Part shown: positions 1 to 15,190 of the stretch, piece after piece | Numbering within the stretch: position 1 is the stretch's first letter | Layout: each line of letters begins with the position of its first letter | Assembly (NCBI RefSeq): GCF_009914755.1 | Contig: NC_060925.1 | Strand: one strand, 5' to 3' | DNA from: the human T2T-CHM13v2.0 reference genome, Homo sapiens | DNA length: 64,000 nt | Translations under genes and position numbers: made by a program | The notes under the pieces: model-generated | The model's input: the letters and a program-made list of their open reading frames with translations, nothing else | What the model was told of the DNA's origin: nothing | The model's database searches: none

Positions 1-190
1 GTGAGCCAGGAGGAAAAGCGATTTCTCAGAAGGGATTATTGAATCCTCCCTAACAGAGAGTCTGCAAATTAGACACAGTGTGTGGGGATGTCCCCTACCC
101 CCCAGAGGAAGCTAGGAATGAATTCTCCCGGGATCAAGAAGGAAAACCACGGGAAGTTAGAGTGTTGAATATAACTGAGCAAGCGCCTCT

Positions 191-235
191 CACCACCACC
201 ACCACCTCTCTCTCCCAGTCTCCCTCCCAATCTCT

Positions 236-277
<42 letters not shown>

Positions 278-313
278 CTCTCTCTCTCACAATCCCCCTC
301 TCTCAATCCCTCT
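191..313 (+). repeat. (ACC)n followed by interrupted (CT)n microsatellite at the start of KCNN3 intron 1
   Basis: caccaccaccaccacc, then tctctc tract interrupted by recurring caatc. Confidence 0.9.
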
Positions 314-324
314 CTTGCTACCTA

Positions 325-1611
<1,287 letters not shown>

Positions 1612-1639
1612 TCAGCTTCACTCCTCGCTGGCTCAATAG

Positions 1640-1900
1640 CTTCGCTCGCCTCCTCCTGCCACTGTTACATTGTAAGCCAAGCCCACTTATTAGCAGCTGG
1701 TCTCATTGGCTTGGCTTAACTCTCCAACCTCCTCCTAGCTCCGCCCCCCGCATAGGCTCCTCCCCAGAGGAGGGGCCTGGCGTCCTGGGCTCCGGCCCCA
1801 GTGGCGGCGCAGCGAGGACTGGGAACTGTAGTTTTTGCTCCCCCACCCCGGAGCTGAGCCGCTGTCCTCTTTCCTCTGACAGGTATGGCCACAACCCTTA
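1640..1900 (-). promoter_or_regulatory. KCNN3: KCNN3 proximal promoter (GC/CpG-rich)
   Basis: Upstream of the 5' leader. CCAAT box (+ strand attgg ~1705-1709), GC box (ccgccccc 1741-1748), E-box cagctg, ACTACAGTTCCCAG motif at 1832-1819. TSS not determinable from sequence. Confidence 0.7.
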
Positions 1901-2039
1901 AGCCCACGGCGATAAGGGATGTTCGCTCACGCTGGGCGATGGGGAGGAGGGACAGAGGGCCTCCGAAGGAGGGGAGGTGTGCACCCTGATGAGGGGGCAG
2001 ACGGAGGGGAAGGCAAACATTTATTAACCACCAGGGTTT

Positions 2040-2500
2040 ACGATAGGTTGTTTCACATATATTATCCGGATACAGTCTCCAAACACCCAAGGAGGTGGGC
2101 AGTATGGTCTCATTTACAAAGCCTGATGCTTAGAGGTGTTGAGTAACAACGTCAAGGTCACAGAAGCAGGGGGGATCCACACCTTCTAACACCCGGTGGA
2201 TAAACTCACCTACCATTGACTGAGTGCCTACGCCTCGTGTTCAGGGTCCTCTCTGTTATTTCCAACCCTCACATCAACCCCACAAAAATGATGTCATCAC
2301 TCTCCTTTTACAGATGAAAATTGGAAGAAGAAGAAGAAGAAGGAGAAGGAGAAGAAGGAGAGAAAGGAAAGTGGAAAAAACACTCAAACGCTCAAACATA
2401 GATATGTAACTTGTCAGATGTCATCCCGCTTGTAATTAAAGATGCTGGGATTTGAACTTAGTCAGTCTGACCCCACAGATCAGATACTTTCTCCCAGGAT
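2040..2500 (+). mobile_element. MIR fragments with a (GAA/GGAGAA)n tract at ~2324-2372
   Basis: MIR core remnants: ttttacagatgaaaa, aaggtcacag, gggatttgaac...agtctgac. Confidence 0.6.
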
Positions 2501-3044
2501 GCATTTCCACTATGATATTCAGTACAAAGTGGTTGTTCAATAAATATTGTTCAAATGTTAGTTGGGGAAAACAAAAGAGAAGCTGCTGAGGAAGAACTGG
2601 CCTCTCCAAAGCAGGGTGTGTGAAGTGGACCATGGCTCCAGCCCCTTCCCTAACAGCTGGGTGTGTAGTCACAGGGGGATCTGGCAGGAAGACTGAAGAT
2701 TCCCCCATGGTCATTCCCTGCCTGATTTGCCCCATGGGGCTCTGAGAGTCAGAACTAGGAACAGCTGCTGGCTTCCCAGGTTCAGAACCATCATCATCAA
2801 GTATTTATTAAGCCCCCACTGTGTGCAGAGGGGGTTCCAAAGGATGGGACCAGAGCTGAATTCATTTTCATTTCTAACCACAGCAGCCTTAGGAATCAGA
2901 AAGGAAGTCACCATGAGGGAATTCCCCAGAACACCTGGGGTTTTAAAAGGCAGGCCTCTTCCTCTCTGGCTCTTGATTCCCCATCACCCTTTGGCCTCTG
3001 TCCAGCTCCCTCCCTCGATGGGAAGAGGAAAGGGTAGGAGATCC

Positions 3045-3166
3045 ATGCACACATACACAGACACACATCCAGAAAACATGTAAGCAGGTGGACATATGTG
3101 CACATGTGTACATGGTTGTGTGCACACACTAGCCCATGCATGCACACATGCACACATATACACATA
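3045..3166. repeat. Degenerate (CA/TG/TA) alternating purine-pyrimidine tract
   Basis: acatatgtgcacatgtgtacatg...catgcatgcacacatgcacacatatacacat. Confidence 0.7.
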
Positions 3167-3315
3167 GGAAGCTCCTAAAACAGCATTCCTGACTGGTAAG
3201 CAGCAAGTGTCCAGATCAGGGAGGGACAGAGCCCCCCCAAAATGAGCCCAGAGTCCCCTCTGTATATCAGTTCTCACCTCTCCAATCCCCCATTAACCCT
3301 GATGATTGAGAGCTA

Positions 3316-3686
<371 letters not shown>

Positions 3687-3732
3687 TAATAATCTTGATA
3701 TCAATGACATAATCATTTCCCCTACCCCTGCC

Positions 3733-3733
<1 letters not shown>

Positions 3734-3787
<54 letters not shown>
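3734..3787 (+). repeat. (CA)n microsatellite, ~27 units
   Basis: Direct observation. Confidence 0.97.
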
Positions 3788-3790
<3 letters not shown>

Positions 3791-4529
3791 AAGTCACAGT
3801 ACCAGGCCTCAGATGCAAGCCTGGGGTCTCATGTGTTTTCCCATGACCAAGCCCTCTAGAACCCACCCCCAACCCCTTCAGCATCCTCTGCCTTCCCTGC
3901 CCTTCCCTTCTGTATTCTTGATTTCCCTCCCTCTCCTCCATCCGCAGACAGAGCCACCTGCTTGGTTCAAGGCTCCAGATCGCATACTTAGGTTTAATGA
4001 TCCTCTAATAAATTATCATGAATATGTTGTTAGTAGCAAAAATGTGCTGTTCGTGTTGGTTTTTTAGTGTTGGATACAGTTTTCTGGGCTGTGAAAAATC
4101 AATTTTGGAGAACAGGCTCCAGGCCTGGGTATTCCTATGCTCACTCTACCCCCATGAGCTGCCTTCTGCCTCAGCTAACCTTTCTGGCCAGCCTCTTGCC
4201 TCCAGTTCTTCTGGCTGTGCCAATGGGATCCAAATGGGGCCTATCAGAGCACGTCCTGCCATCATGGATAAGGATGAAAGATAGCTTGGGTAGAGCCCTA
4301 ACTATGCCAGCACCAAAGATCAGTGGTTATCTGGAAATGGGCTGGAACTTGACAGCTGATGCCACGGAGCCAGCTCATGCCCCTTGTTACAGCTATCCTG
4401 TCATGAACAGGAGGAGGAGGACAATGTCATGTTTAGAGCTTGGGCTCAAGTGTCAGACTGCCCAGGCTGGAACCGTTCTCTGCTGCAGGGATGGCTGTGT
4501 GACCACAGGCAAGATGACCTTCTGATCAT

Positions 4530-4706
4530 CCATACACATCTCTTCCTAACTCCACAGTGATGTCACATTAGCAGCTTGAAATCAGCCATGATCAGAGTAT
4601 TTACACCACAGAAATCGGCTAACACTGTAAATTAGAGCTTATGTTTTCCTGGAAGCCGCTTGCTAAATCTTTCCTGGCTGTTCAACATTTATCAGCATAT
4701 TACTGC
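4530..4706 (+). mobile_element. MER63-like hAT DNA transposon fragment
   Basis: gcttgaaatcagccatg..agtatttacaccacagaaatcggc..aacatttatcagcatattactg; homologous to 44723-44944; family name by recall. Confidence 0.6.
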
Positions 4707-5039
4707 CTCCTATATCATTACATACAGGCTGTGCGCTCCACCCTCTGCCTTCCTTCTCACCAGCACAAGCTTTGCCACTCGCCCACTTTGTGACCAGTTG
4801 CTTATGTTCTCAGGCCTTCAATTTCCTTAGTCCAATGAGAGCACCGGCCAAGTACTTTGTAACTGTCAAGCACCGACAGGTTAGTGAATCAGCTGGGAGC
4901 TCTCAACCACAGGGCCTGATCATGTCAGGTTTTCCACGTTGCCCTCCAGATGCACCGCACTCAGGCGTCTTCCCGCTGTTGCTGCCTGTCCAAAGCCCCA
5001 CTGTTGAAAAGCCCCCAATGCTTCCCTTGGCCCCCAGCC

Positions 5040-5190
5040 ACAACCATGTCTTCACAGCAGCCTGTGAGTTGAGGCCATCACCCATTTTATAGATGAAAAA
5101 ACTGAGGCATTAAAAAGATTTTAAAACTTGCCCAGAGTTACTAATTAGTAACTAGCCATAAAGCTGGAATCAAACCCAGGCCTGTCCAAC
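5040..5190 (+). mobile_element. MIR
   Basis: cccattttatagatgaaaaaactgaggc...acttgcccagagttac core. Confidence 0.75.
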
Positions 5191-6407
5191 CTTTTGACAA
5201 ACCCTCGCCATATGTCCTGAAACCCAAATTTAAAGGATTCATTCTTACTGGTGTTTATTAAACATTACCATGTGACTCACACACCCAACCCTCAGGAACT
5301 TAAAGTCTCACTGTAGAGACAAGTTATACTTACATGGGGTGACAAAAAACAGCAATGCAGATCCCAAAGTGTGGGCGAGACAGTAGAGTTCATTGAAGGC
5401 AGAGGGTTGTCAAGGGTGGCTTCCTGGAGGTGGTGGGACTTAAGCCACACCTTAAGGAATGGGGAGCAACTCCTTATGCTGCCCTAAGATGACAGGCTGA
5501 CAAATTAGGCCTCTTTAGTCTGCAAACGGGGGTGTGGAGGAGCTTCTTACCTCAGAGAGACAGGAAGAGCAGACAAGGAAAGTAGGGGTGGCCTTTGGCC
5601 ATACTGGCTCCACATCAAGTGTACTGGCACTCGGTTTCTGCCCTCCTTTCCAGGCTCATTCCTCACCACCTTCCTCCTTAAGCCCCAGCATCACCGACCT
5701 ATTGTAGCTCTCCCGTAAGTCATGCTATTTCACATCTCCATGCCCTCTGCCTGGCATGCCCTTCCCCCAGATTTCCATCTAACACATTTCTCTTTGCCTT
5801 TCAAGACATGGCTCAAAGGTCTTCTTTCTGAGAAGCTTCCCCTGAACTCCCCAAACCCAAATCAGGAGCTCCTTCTGTATTTTCAGTGCCCTGTGCTAAC
5901 AGGGCCTCTACGGAGCAACACAGCTGTTATCTCCATATGTGTCCTTTGCCCATAGACCATGACCTCCTTGAGGGCAGGGATGATGTCTTCTTCACAGCTG
6001 TACTGCAGCTCTTCCGAAGAGCCGCTTACAATAGATGCTTAGTAAAGATTAATCGAACTGACTAAACTTGAAACCTGGATGAGGTCATTTGAAGGCAAGT
6101 AAGGGAAAGTCACAGTACTTTTCACAACAAATCATAAACACAATTTCCTCATCCGTAAAATAGTGAGATAAAAAAGATGATTTCTAAGATCACTCAGCTT
6201 TAAAATTCCATAATCTATTGTCTGTAGACCTTGTTATCCCCAAAAGGTAGAACTAACTGAAAATAGGTTTAAGAAAAGTAGTGGTTCATGGTTTATATGG
6301 CTGTCTTTCCCACAGGCTGTGACCTGCATAAAAGGGCTCTAAATTTTTTCAGTATCCCCAACACTGATCACGGTGCCTGGCTATGAATTACTCATTAAAG
6401 ATTTATT

Positions 6408-6696
<289 letters not shown>

Positions 6697-6708
6697 GATT
6701 TATTAGAC

Positions 6709-6850
6709 AGATGGATAGTAGGATGGATGGACAGATGGACGTGTGGATGGGTGGATAGGTGGGTGGATGGATGGATGGATGAACGGACGGATGAATGGGA
6801 GGATAGATGGGTGGATGTATGGATGTATGGATGATGGATGGATGGATGGA
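6709..6850 (+). repeat. Degenerate (GGAT)n tetranucleotide repeat
   Basis: ggatggatggacagatggac...gatggatgga. Confidence 0.9.
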
Positions 6851-7541
6851 GGGAGTTTAGACACAAATGACAGATAATGGCAGGTTTTCTAGAAAAGCCA
6901 GTGGTGTTGGAGGGATACCCTTAACCTGGTAAGGATAGGGTCATAAAGATTAACCACCCCCTTTCTCAGACTCTGAATGGTTGGACAGCTTTAGGCTGAA
7001 CAGCTCATTAGCCCATGTGGGTTCAGTCATTACTGTGTTCTTATCTAGGAGCTTCATTACTGGATTAATTAATGCTCCAATAATAAAAACAAATCCTGTG
7101 TTTGCAGAGCACTTTATAGTTTTCCAACTGCTTTTATGTAAAATATTTCATTTGCAACTCTTGGCAGCCCTGGAAGGCTGGCTGGGGAGGTTCTATTGCC
7201 TCATCGTTGCCACTCTTACTCCCATGAACTAGAGTTTAGAAAGGTTTCAGTAGTTTGCTCAAGGTCACCAGTTAGGCATGGATTTGAACCTGGGTCTGTC
7301 TGTGCTCTTTCCCATCCATTCTGCCTGGAAAGCCCTTCCAGCCCACCTCTTGCTCTGTGTCCTGTCCTGTGAGAATTTAGGGAGCAGCACAAGTGCCACC
7401 CCTGCCCAGAGCTTTCCCTGACCTCCCCTCCTCTCCTCCCTCAATTTGACATTATCTCCCTCTTCCGAATTCCCTTGGCACTTTATTGTATCTCTCTGGG
7501 GACACTGTTCACCTCTTGCTTTGTACTGGTGTTGTCTATAG

Positions 7542-7856
<315 letters not shown>

Positions 7857-9525
7857 TGAATACATAAGCAGGTAAGAGGGTGAGTGAGTTTAGCCTGACT
7901 GAGAGTTTGGGCACTTTGACCCAGGACACATTACTTGCCCCTTACTTGCCCGGCTGGCCACCAGGAATGCCAACTGGTAAGTGTAGGCCTTCTGTCCACA
8001 CTTCTTTCCTGAGAGTCCCTGGATGTCTAGACCCTGGGTGAAGCCTCTTATAATGAATGCCCACCTAACCCCTGCCCCTGCAAGCCATGATCTGAGGAGC
8101 AAGGTAGGACTACAGCATGTCACCTGTCCCCTGGCCACGCACCAACAACTCTCAGCCACCTATGGGTGCCAAGGAGTCTTCAGCTTCACACAGGCTCCTC
8201 CCCATACTCTGCTTTGCTAAAGAAAAACTGGAGCTCTTTTGCATCATCTGAGTGTCAAGGTAAAGGGGACATACGGCCTGACTCCCTACACTTGGAGCAT
8301 TTACTGAGGGCCAACTGTGGGCATTCATGGTTCCAACACGCCAGGGAGTAAAGTTAGTATGCCCATTCTATAGATGAAGAAACTGAGTCAAATTTCAGAG
8401 AAGGTTAACTGGCCTGCTCTTGTTCACAGTGGGAGGGGAGAGTCCAAGCCATGAGCCACACAGGTCTATGCGCTCTGAGAGGTCACAACCTCTCCACTCA
8501 GCCTCTGCTACTGAACTTCATTGCTTTCCAGAGAAAGTATCCCTCCTGCCCACCACTCCCACCCAGGTCCTCCATGAAACCCCCTCTAACAACAGGAGTG
8601 GGAAAAGGTTTCAAAAGAGCAGCTCCATGGAGATCTGTCTGGACAAAGGTTGGTGATTCTGCTTCTAAAACTCTGCAGAGGCCAGGATGGCCCTAACATG
8701 GAGAGAAGACAGTGGAGTGGCCAGGCCAGGCCAGGCACCAGAGCAGTCTTGGGCTGGGAATCGGTCCATCTGATTCCGAGTTGCCATTTTCCTGCCAGGG
8801 ACCATGACGAGCAAGGTGCGCCCCTCTGAGCCTGTGAAACTGGGATCGTTCACACCTCCTGCACAGTTGTCTTGTGAAAACTGAGATACATTTTAAAATG
8901 TGTCTCCTGACCCCTTCTCTGAGGCTTTGGTGTAGGAACTTGTTGTTCTAACCAGATGAGTCAGTCCGGATGGGAACGTTTATTTACTTGAGGGAGTCAA
9001 AGGTCGAATGGAAGGTGCTGATACCGTGTCTGGAAAGAAGGCATGGGAAATGGGCACAGGTTGCCAACATTCTGTCACCAAGATGCCTGCCGGGCTCACA
9101 GGGAGCCAGTGGAGGTGCATACTTTGCACACGGTGAAGTGCTGCCGACGTGCACTGGCCAGTACAAGAGAGGGGTCTGTGCAGACCCCTGACTGACAAGG
9201 GCTCAGCATGGAAGCCTCGGCCCCAGAGTCTGGGTAGGTCCACTGTCTGCATGGGGCCGACTCGGTAGAGAGAGCCATCACTTGCCATCCTGGGTGCGTG
9301 TGTCCTGCCCAGCCCCACACTGTGGTGTAGGTGATGACACCCACCCCCACTGGAGACTTGGCTCCACAGGGTGGGATTTGCGTCTATTTTATTCACTGCT
9401 ATAACCCCAGTGCCCAAAACAGGGCCTGTCATAGAGCATGTTCTCAATTCAGATTTGCTGAATAAATCAGCTTCCTGGCCCCAGTCTCAAACGACTCACA
9501 GAAAATAAAAACTCTAACAGTTTCC

Positions 9526-9689
9526 GGGGAGAGGGGAGAGATACCATTAGGAGATATACCTAATGCTAAATGACGAATTAATGGGTGCAGCACACCAACA
9601 TGGCACATGTATACATATGTAACAAACCTGCACGTTGTACACATGTACCCTAAAACTTAAAGTATAATAATAATTTAAAAAAAAAAAAA
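9526..9689 (+). mobile_element. L1PA (PA3/PA4-like) 3' end, heavily 5'-truncated
   Basis: ggagatatacctaatgctaaatgacgaattaatgggtgcagcacaccaacatggcacatg...cctaaaacttaaagtataat plus polyA; TSD aaaaactctaacagtttcc. Confidence 0.95.
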
Positions 9690-11898
9690 CTCTAACAGTT
9701 TCCCAAATGCAGAACAGGCACCTGAGCAGCAGCCCAAGGGAGGGCCCAGACCGGAGCAGCCATGGATTCCTAGCAGGGAAGAAGGCGGCCAGTGTCTCGT
9801 GGGCCTGGATGGATGTCTCTCCCACAGGGAGGGCAGTGAGGGACGAGCAGGGCCGGCTGGCAGTTGAGGCCACAGCCCCCTGAGCCAGCCCCTCCCTGGA
9901 CCCCAGGTGGCCAGTAGCAGATCCCCGCCCCGCCCTGGCTCTGAGATTGCGGTCCGAGCTGGTCAGTGCTCACCCATGGGGATGGGGGCAGAGCAACCTG
10001 TGGCGGGTTTGTGAGGAGTGTGGCGGCCTCTGCTGGTGGCGTATGCACATAGCTTCGCACTCCAGGCACCTTGGGAGATGCGAGGGAGCCCCCAGACAGC
10101 ATCTGAACCCCGGCCTCAGCTTTCTGCTTCCTTCCATGGAGGCCCAGGGACTGGATCTGGTGCCAGAATCAACTTCTGTGAATATTTTGCAAAAGTCGCT
10201 CTTATTTCCCAGGCTTCCTTGGGTTTTTTCACCATTGGGGAAGAAGAAACCATCTGTTGTCTGTCCCGGGTGAGGGCACCATAAAGCCTTTGAATGAGAG
10301 GGCTGGACAGGATGCCAGAGGCGCCTCCAGGCCCACCACCCTATTAGCAAGAGAAGACCTCCGGAGATGGGAGGGGACTTGCCTGTACTCATTCGTGAGT
10401 CAGGCACAAAGCCGGGACTCGAGCCCGGCCTCCGCGATGGTCCCCTTCAACTGGTCCATCATCTCTCGGTTGCTATGGGGCATCCACCAACACAGCTCCA
10501 CTCCCGGTTGCTGCTGTGAAACGAGGGAAGAAGCCCCCTCTCCCCTCAGCACAGCCACCAGGCACAGTCAGGAGCTGCAACCTGGGTGCCCAGCCCTCTG
10601 ACAGGAATCCTGCAGAAGGCCAGGCCCCTCTCCTGCCTCCCGCCCTTGTTTTGCCTCCCTTCGCTCCTGGGAAAGGTGGCAGCCGGAGGGTTGCTATGGA
10701 CACCGCAGTCGGGCTCTCCCTCCGCAGTAATAATCCGAAGATGCCCTCCCTGCTGGAGTCCAAGTCTCTAATTGCCGAGCCTCAGAGGCAGTGATGCTGC
10801 CGCACAGGAAGTACTGGGCAGCTGGAGAACCCAAGGATTAGATGGGCTGAGAAGGGAAAGAGAGAGTGACAAGATGGAAATCACCTGAAATTGGAAGCAA
10901 CAAGCTTGACCTATGTAGGTAGATTGACAAAACCAATGTCGATTTAGCCAGAATTAGAAAAGCAATAGCGTCTTAACAGGCCCCCCATCAAATCGGACAC
11001 CTAATCACTGTGGCCAGCGTCTCTCAGGTGGGATGCTGAGTGGAAAAGGAGGGAGAGGAGAGGCGCCACAGCTGTGTACATGGGCAGTGACTGCAGGAAA
11101 GACCTTGACAGCCATTTTGCTCTAATTTGAGAACCACAGGTCCAGGACTTTTCTGAGCTGGATTCCTGGCCACTCTGCTGCCTTGAGGCAGAAGCACCCT
11201 GGCTCCCCACTGCCACACAGGCCCCCTTGTTTGTCCCGACTGGGAAACCAGATCATTATCACCACTGCTAGTCTCCCCACCATGAAAACAGAGCATGCTC
11301 CTTACCAGGGTCTCTGCCATGAGACCAGGGCATACCACCTCCATGAGCAGCCTCTCCAGGGGATCAGGACACTGTCACTGCTGTTCTGTCCCCACCATTA
11401 GACCAGAACTTTTCCTTCACTGTTGGGCTCCCCACCTTGAAATCAGAGCATTGTCACCTCTATTCATGTGACACCCCACCTACCCACCTACACATCAGAC
11501 CAAGTCACCAAGGCCACAAGACTTTACACAGCCACAGACATAGGTCCAATGTGGAGCATCCAAACCAAAGATCACATGCTACTGGGCAGAGCAAAGTTGG
11601 TCTCACCTCCAGAGCCCGCAGGGCCACACAAACCTTTATAGAGAGGGCACAGAGGGAAGTGCGCTAGGCCCTGCAATTCACCCCACATGTCTGTGGCCAC
11701 TGGGTTTGCCTTCTGGAGGCTGTGCTTGTCTCACGCAGACCCTAACGCCTGGTGACATTGGGGCATAGCCATGAGGAGGACAAAGTTAGATTTGCTCCAC
11801 CCTGACCACCAGCAGAGAATCCCCCCTGCCACGTGCATCAACCCTGGAGGAAATGTGAATGAACTAGGGAAGCCCACCTCCATCCCAGAGATCCTTGG

Positions 11899-12020
11899 GA
11901 TAGATATAGACACACACACACACGTATATATAGACACACATACATACACATACATATAGATACCTACACACACGTATATGTGTATATCCATGTGGACACA
12001 TATATATATATTTATACATA
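11899..12020. repeat. Compound (TA)/(CA) microsatellite
   Basis: Direct observation. Confidence 0.85.
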
Positions 12021-13961
12021 AAGAGAAAGGGAGAGATGGAGGGCAGGATGGAAGGCTTCTCTAAATCCTTCAATCTACCACTGTCTCTCTCAGTGAGGCA
12101 GTTTTTATCATCCCAATTTACAAAGAAAAACTGACCCAGAGAGGCCTAGGGACTTGCCCAGGATGAAATAACTGAGTTTCAGATTCCAAGGCCCAGCACC
12201 CTCGTCTTGGCTCTCTTCCCATCTGGTGTTTGAAAGTCACGCCTCAGAATGGGAATGGATGAGGCTGCACATCTGAGAGAGAATGGATGCCAAATAGAAG
12301 CCATTATTCTAACCAGGGAGCTTTTTCCTACAATTTAAGAAACCTCGCCTCCTCTGATTATTTCCGAAATTGTGTTCCCAGGGCCGATTTTATGACAGAG
12401 TGCTGCTGTGGCAATCCCTGTGGCCCAACACAGGAACTCCTGGGAGACCTGGCGAGTGCTAATCCTCCTTTCTTAGCACACTATCTTCTCCTCCGGCAAA
12501 CCCAGTGATTAAGCCTCCTGGTAGCCCCAGGAACTGGCACATGTGAGCCTCAGAGAGTAAGAAAGGCCAGTGGCTTCCTACTTACTTCTTGCTACTTCCA
12601 TTATAGAAGCTTCTGAGCCCACCAGGAGGGCTAGAGAAGGAAAAGGAAAAAGGGTGGGAGCCCGCCCTCGCAGCCCCTAACATCTTACTACCGCAGTTCC
12701 TAGCAGTGTGAGCTTTAACTGTGATCAGCAGGGCGCACACTTCTGCATCTCCTGACTAGGGCCAAGTAAGCTGTCAACTCCCCCTTGCCCAATGGAGAAG
12801 TTTTGGGTCATCCAGTGTCCTCAGACCCAAGGATCTCAGCTGATCGAACGAGCTTCTGGCCGTAGAGAGAAAGGACAAGATAGCAAGAAATCCTGAGAGA
12901 CCTGAACCCTGGGTCTGAGACTGCAGGAAGTTGATTTGTGTAGTACTGGTACCAAGGCAGAAATTGTCCAGAAGAACAGATTGCCAGAGACAAGCAGGCA
13001 GCCAGTATCTCCTACTCCAGATTAGACAAGTTCTAGCTGAAAAGATCTGCTCTCCCTGTGAAGTGTAGTTGTGAAGAGGTTGGCATGGTGCTAGGCAGGT
13101 GCCTGATGAAGGTTCATTTCCTTCTCTCCTCACTTTTCATCCCTCTCATATGAAGGGGTTTCACGGACCGAGAAGGGGTCTTGGATCAGAACTCTAAAAG
13201 CTTTAAATTCGAGGAATACAATTAACCTTAGTCCAGCCATTGCTCAGGAAAGGGAGAGGGAGGCACCCTGGTTTCCAGGAATGTGTGGCATGTAGGAAGG
13301 AGCTCTGGGCTCACGTGAAGTTAGCTGCGCCCTGGCTGGCCTGGGCAGGGCCCATCTGAGGACAGGAGCCCAGTGTCTCTGGTGCTCACTATCACCTGCA
13401 GGATCCTGCGCCTTCTTGTCTTTGACCTCCTGAAGAGCTTGGAGGGATTAAAGTCAAACTAACCTAAGGGATGGACAGAACCCACTCCAAGGCCAAGCCC
13501 AGTGGTATAGCTTCCAGGCTGTTCTTGGCTGGGGAGGTGGTGTTCAGCCCCCTGGCTTCTCCTGTCACCCCAGACTTGGCGGTTTTGAAGTGGATAAGCA
13601 GCTTTGCCAAGTGATCCACCAGAAGAGAGAGAAGAAACGTGCGTGCATGTGGCATTTTGTCAGCTGCACCAGAAAAGTGATGATGGGGGAGGCGGTGGAA
13701 GTCAGTGACTCAAAGCAGGTTCGGGGATTATCTGCTGTTTTCAATTATCCACATTCTTCATCACCATGGAGAATTGAGAATTGGGTGTATTTGCCTCCCC
13801 CTCAACACTGGTGCTGGCATTAGAGACGTGATTTGTACTTGGAGCAACTGTGGGTAAAGGACTTAGAATGGTCTCTGTGTAAAATTTCCCCAGCACTGAA
13901 ATGTCATTAAATAGCTCTCCGTACCTGGCACCTCTTGGTCCCATTAAAAGTAACTGGAAGA

Positions 13962-14303
<342 letters not shown>

Positions 14304-14883
14304 TTATTGAGCATCTGTGATGCACTCAATACTCATTTTGAGCCAAGGAAACTTCAGCTCAGAGAGGTTTTCTTGCCCATGGTTTGTCATAGCATGGAAC
14401 GACAAACTGCTCCAAGGCAGGGCCTTCGATCCCAAGGCTTGTCCCCACCCTACCCTTCTCTCAGTGAGCTCAGACCTCTCTCAGAAGACATGGGGGCCCA
14501 TCTTGGACCTCTGTGGTCCTGTCTGTGTCTACTAATATGCTTTCAATTGCCAGTCAAAAAAAAAAAAAAACCTCAAGAGAGTTTAAAAACAAGGAAATTT
14601 GTTATTTCACACACTAAAAACTCAAGAGGTAGAACAGTCCCGGGGTCATTAACTTGGCAGCACATGTCACCATGAGCACTGGCTCTTCCTGACTTTCTGC
14701 TCTGCCATCCTCAGCAGGTTGATCACAAGGTAGCCAGGGCACACTGAGGCATCCCATTGCCAACCTTCAAGTGCAACAGCAATGAAGGGAAGCCCCCTGC
14801 TGTGGATCTCTTTAATAATGAGAACATTTGTCCCAGAAGTCCCTAGACTTTCCTTTGCATCTCACTGGTCAAAGAATGGGTTA

Positions 14884-15190
14884 GGCTGGGGCATGGTGCC
14901 TCATGCCTGTAATCCCAGCATTTTGGAAGGCCAAGGCGGGCAGATTGCCTGAGGTCAGGAGTTCGAGACCAGCATGGCCAACATGTTGAAACCCCGTCTC
15001 TACTAAAAATACAAAAATTAGCTGGGTATGGTGGTGGGCACCTGTAATCCCAGCTACTCTCGGGAGGCTGAGGGAGGAGAACCACTTGAACCCAGGAGGC
15101 GGAGTTTGCAGTGAGCTGAGATCGCACCACTGCACTCCAGCCTGGGTGACAGAGCAAGACTCAGTCTCAAAAAAAATAAAAATGAAAAAG
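14884..15190 (+). mobile_element. Alu (AluSx-like), probably inserted into an old MLT1 LTR remnant (~14560-15370)
   Basis: Dimeric Alu; flanks resemble MaLR (ttctgctctgccatcctcagc). Confidence 0.9.
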
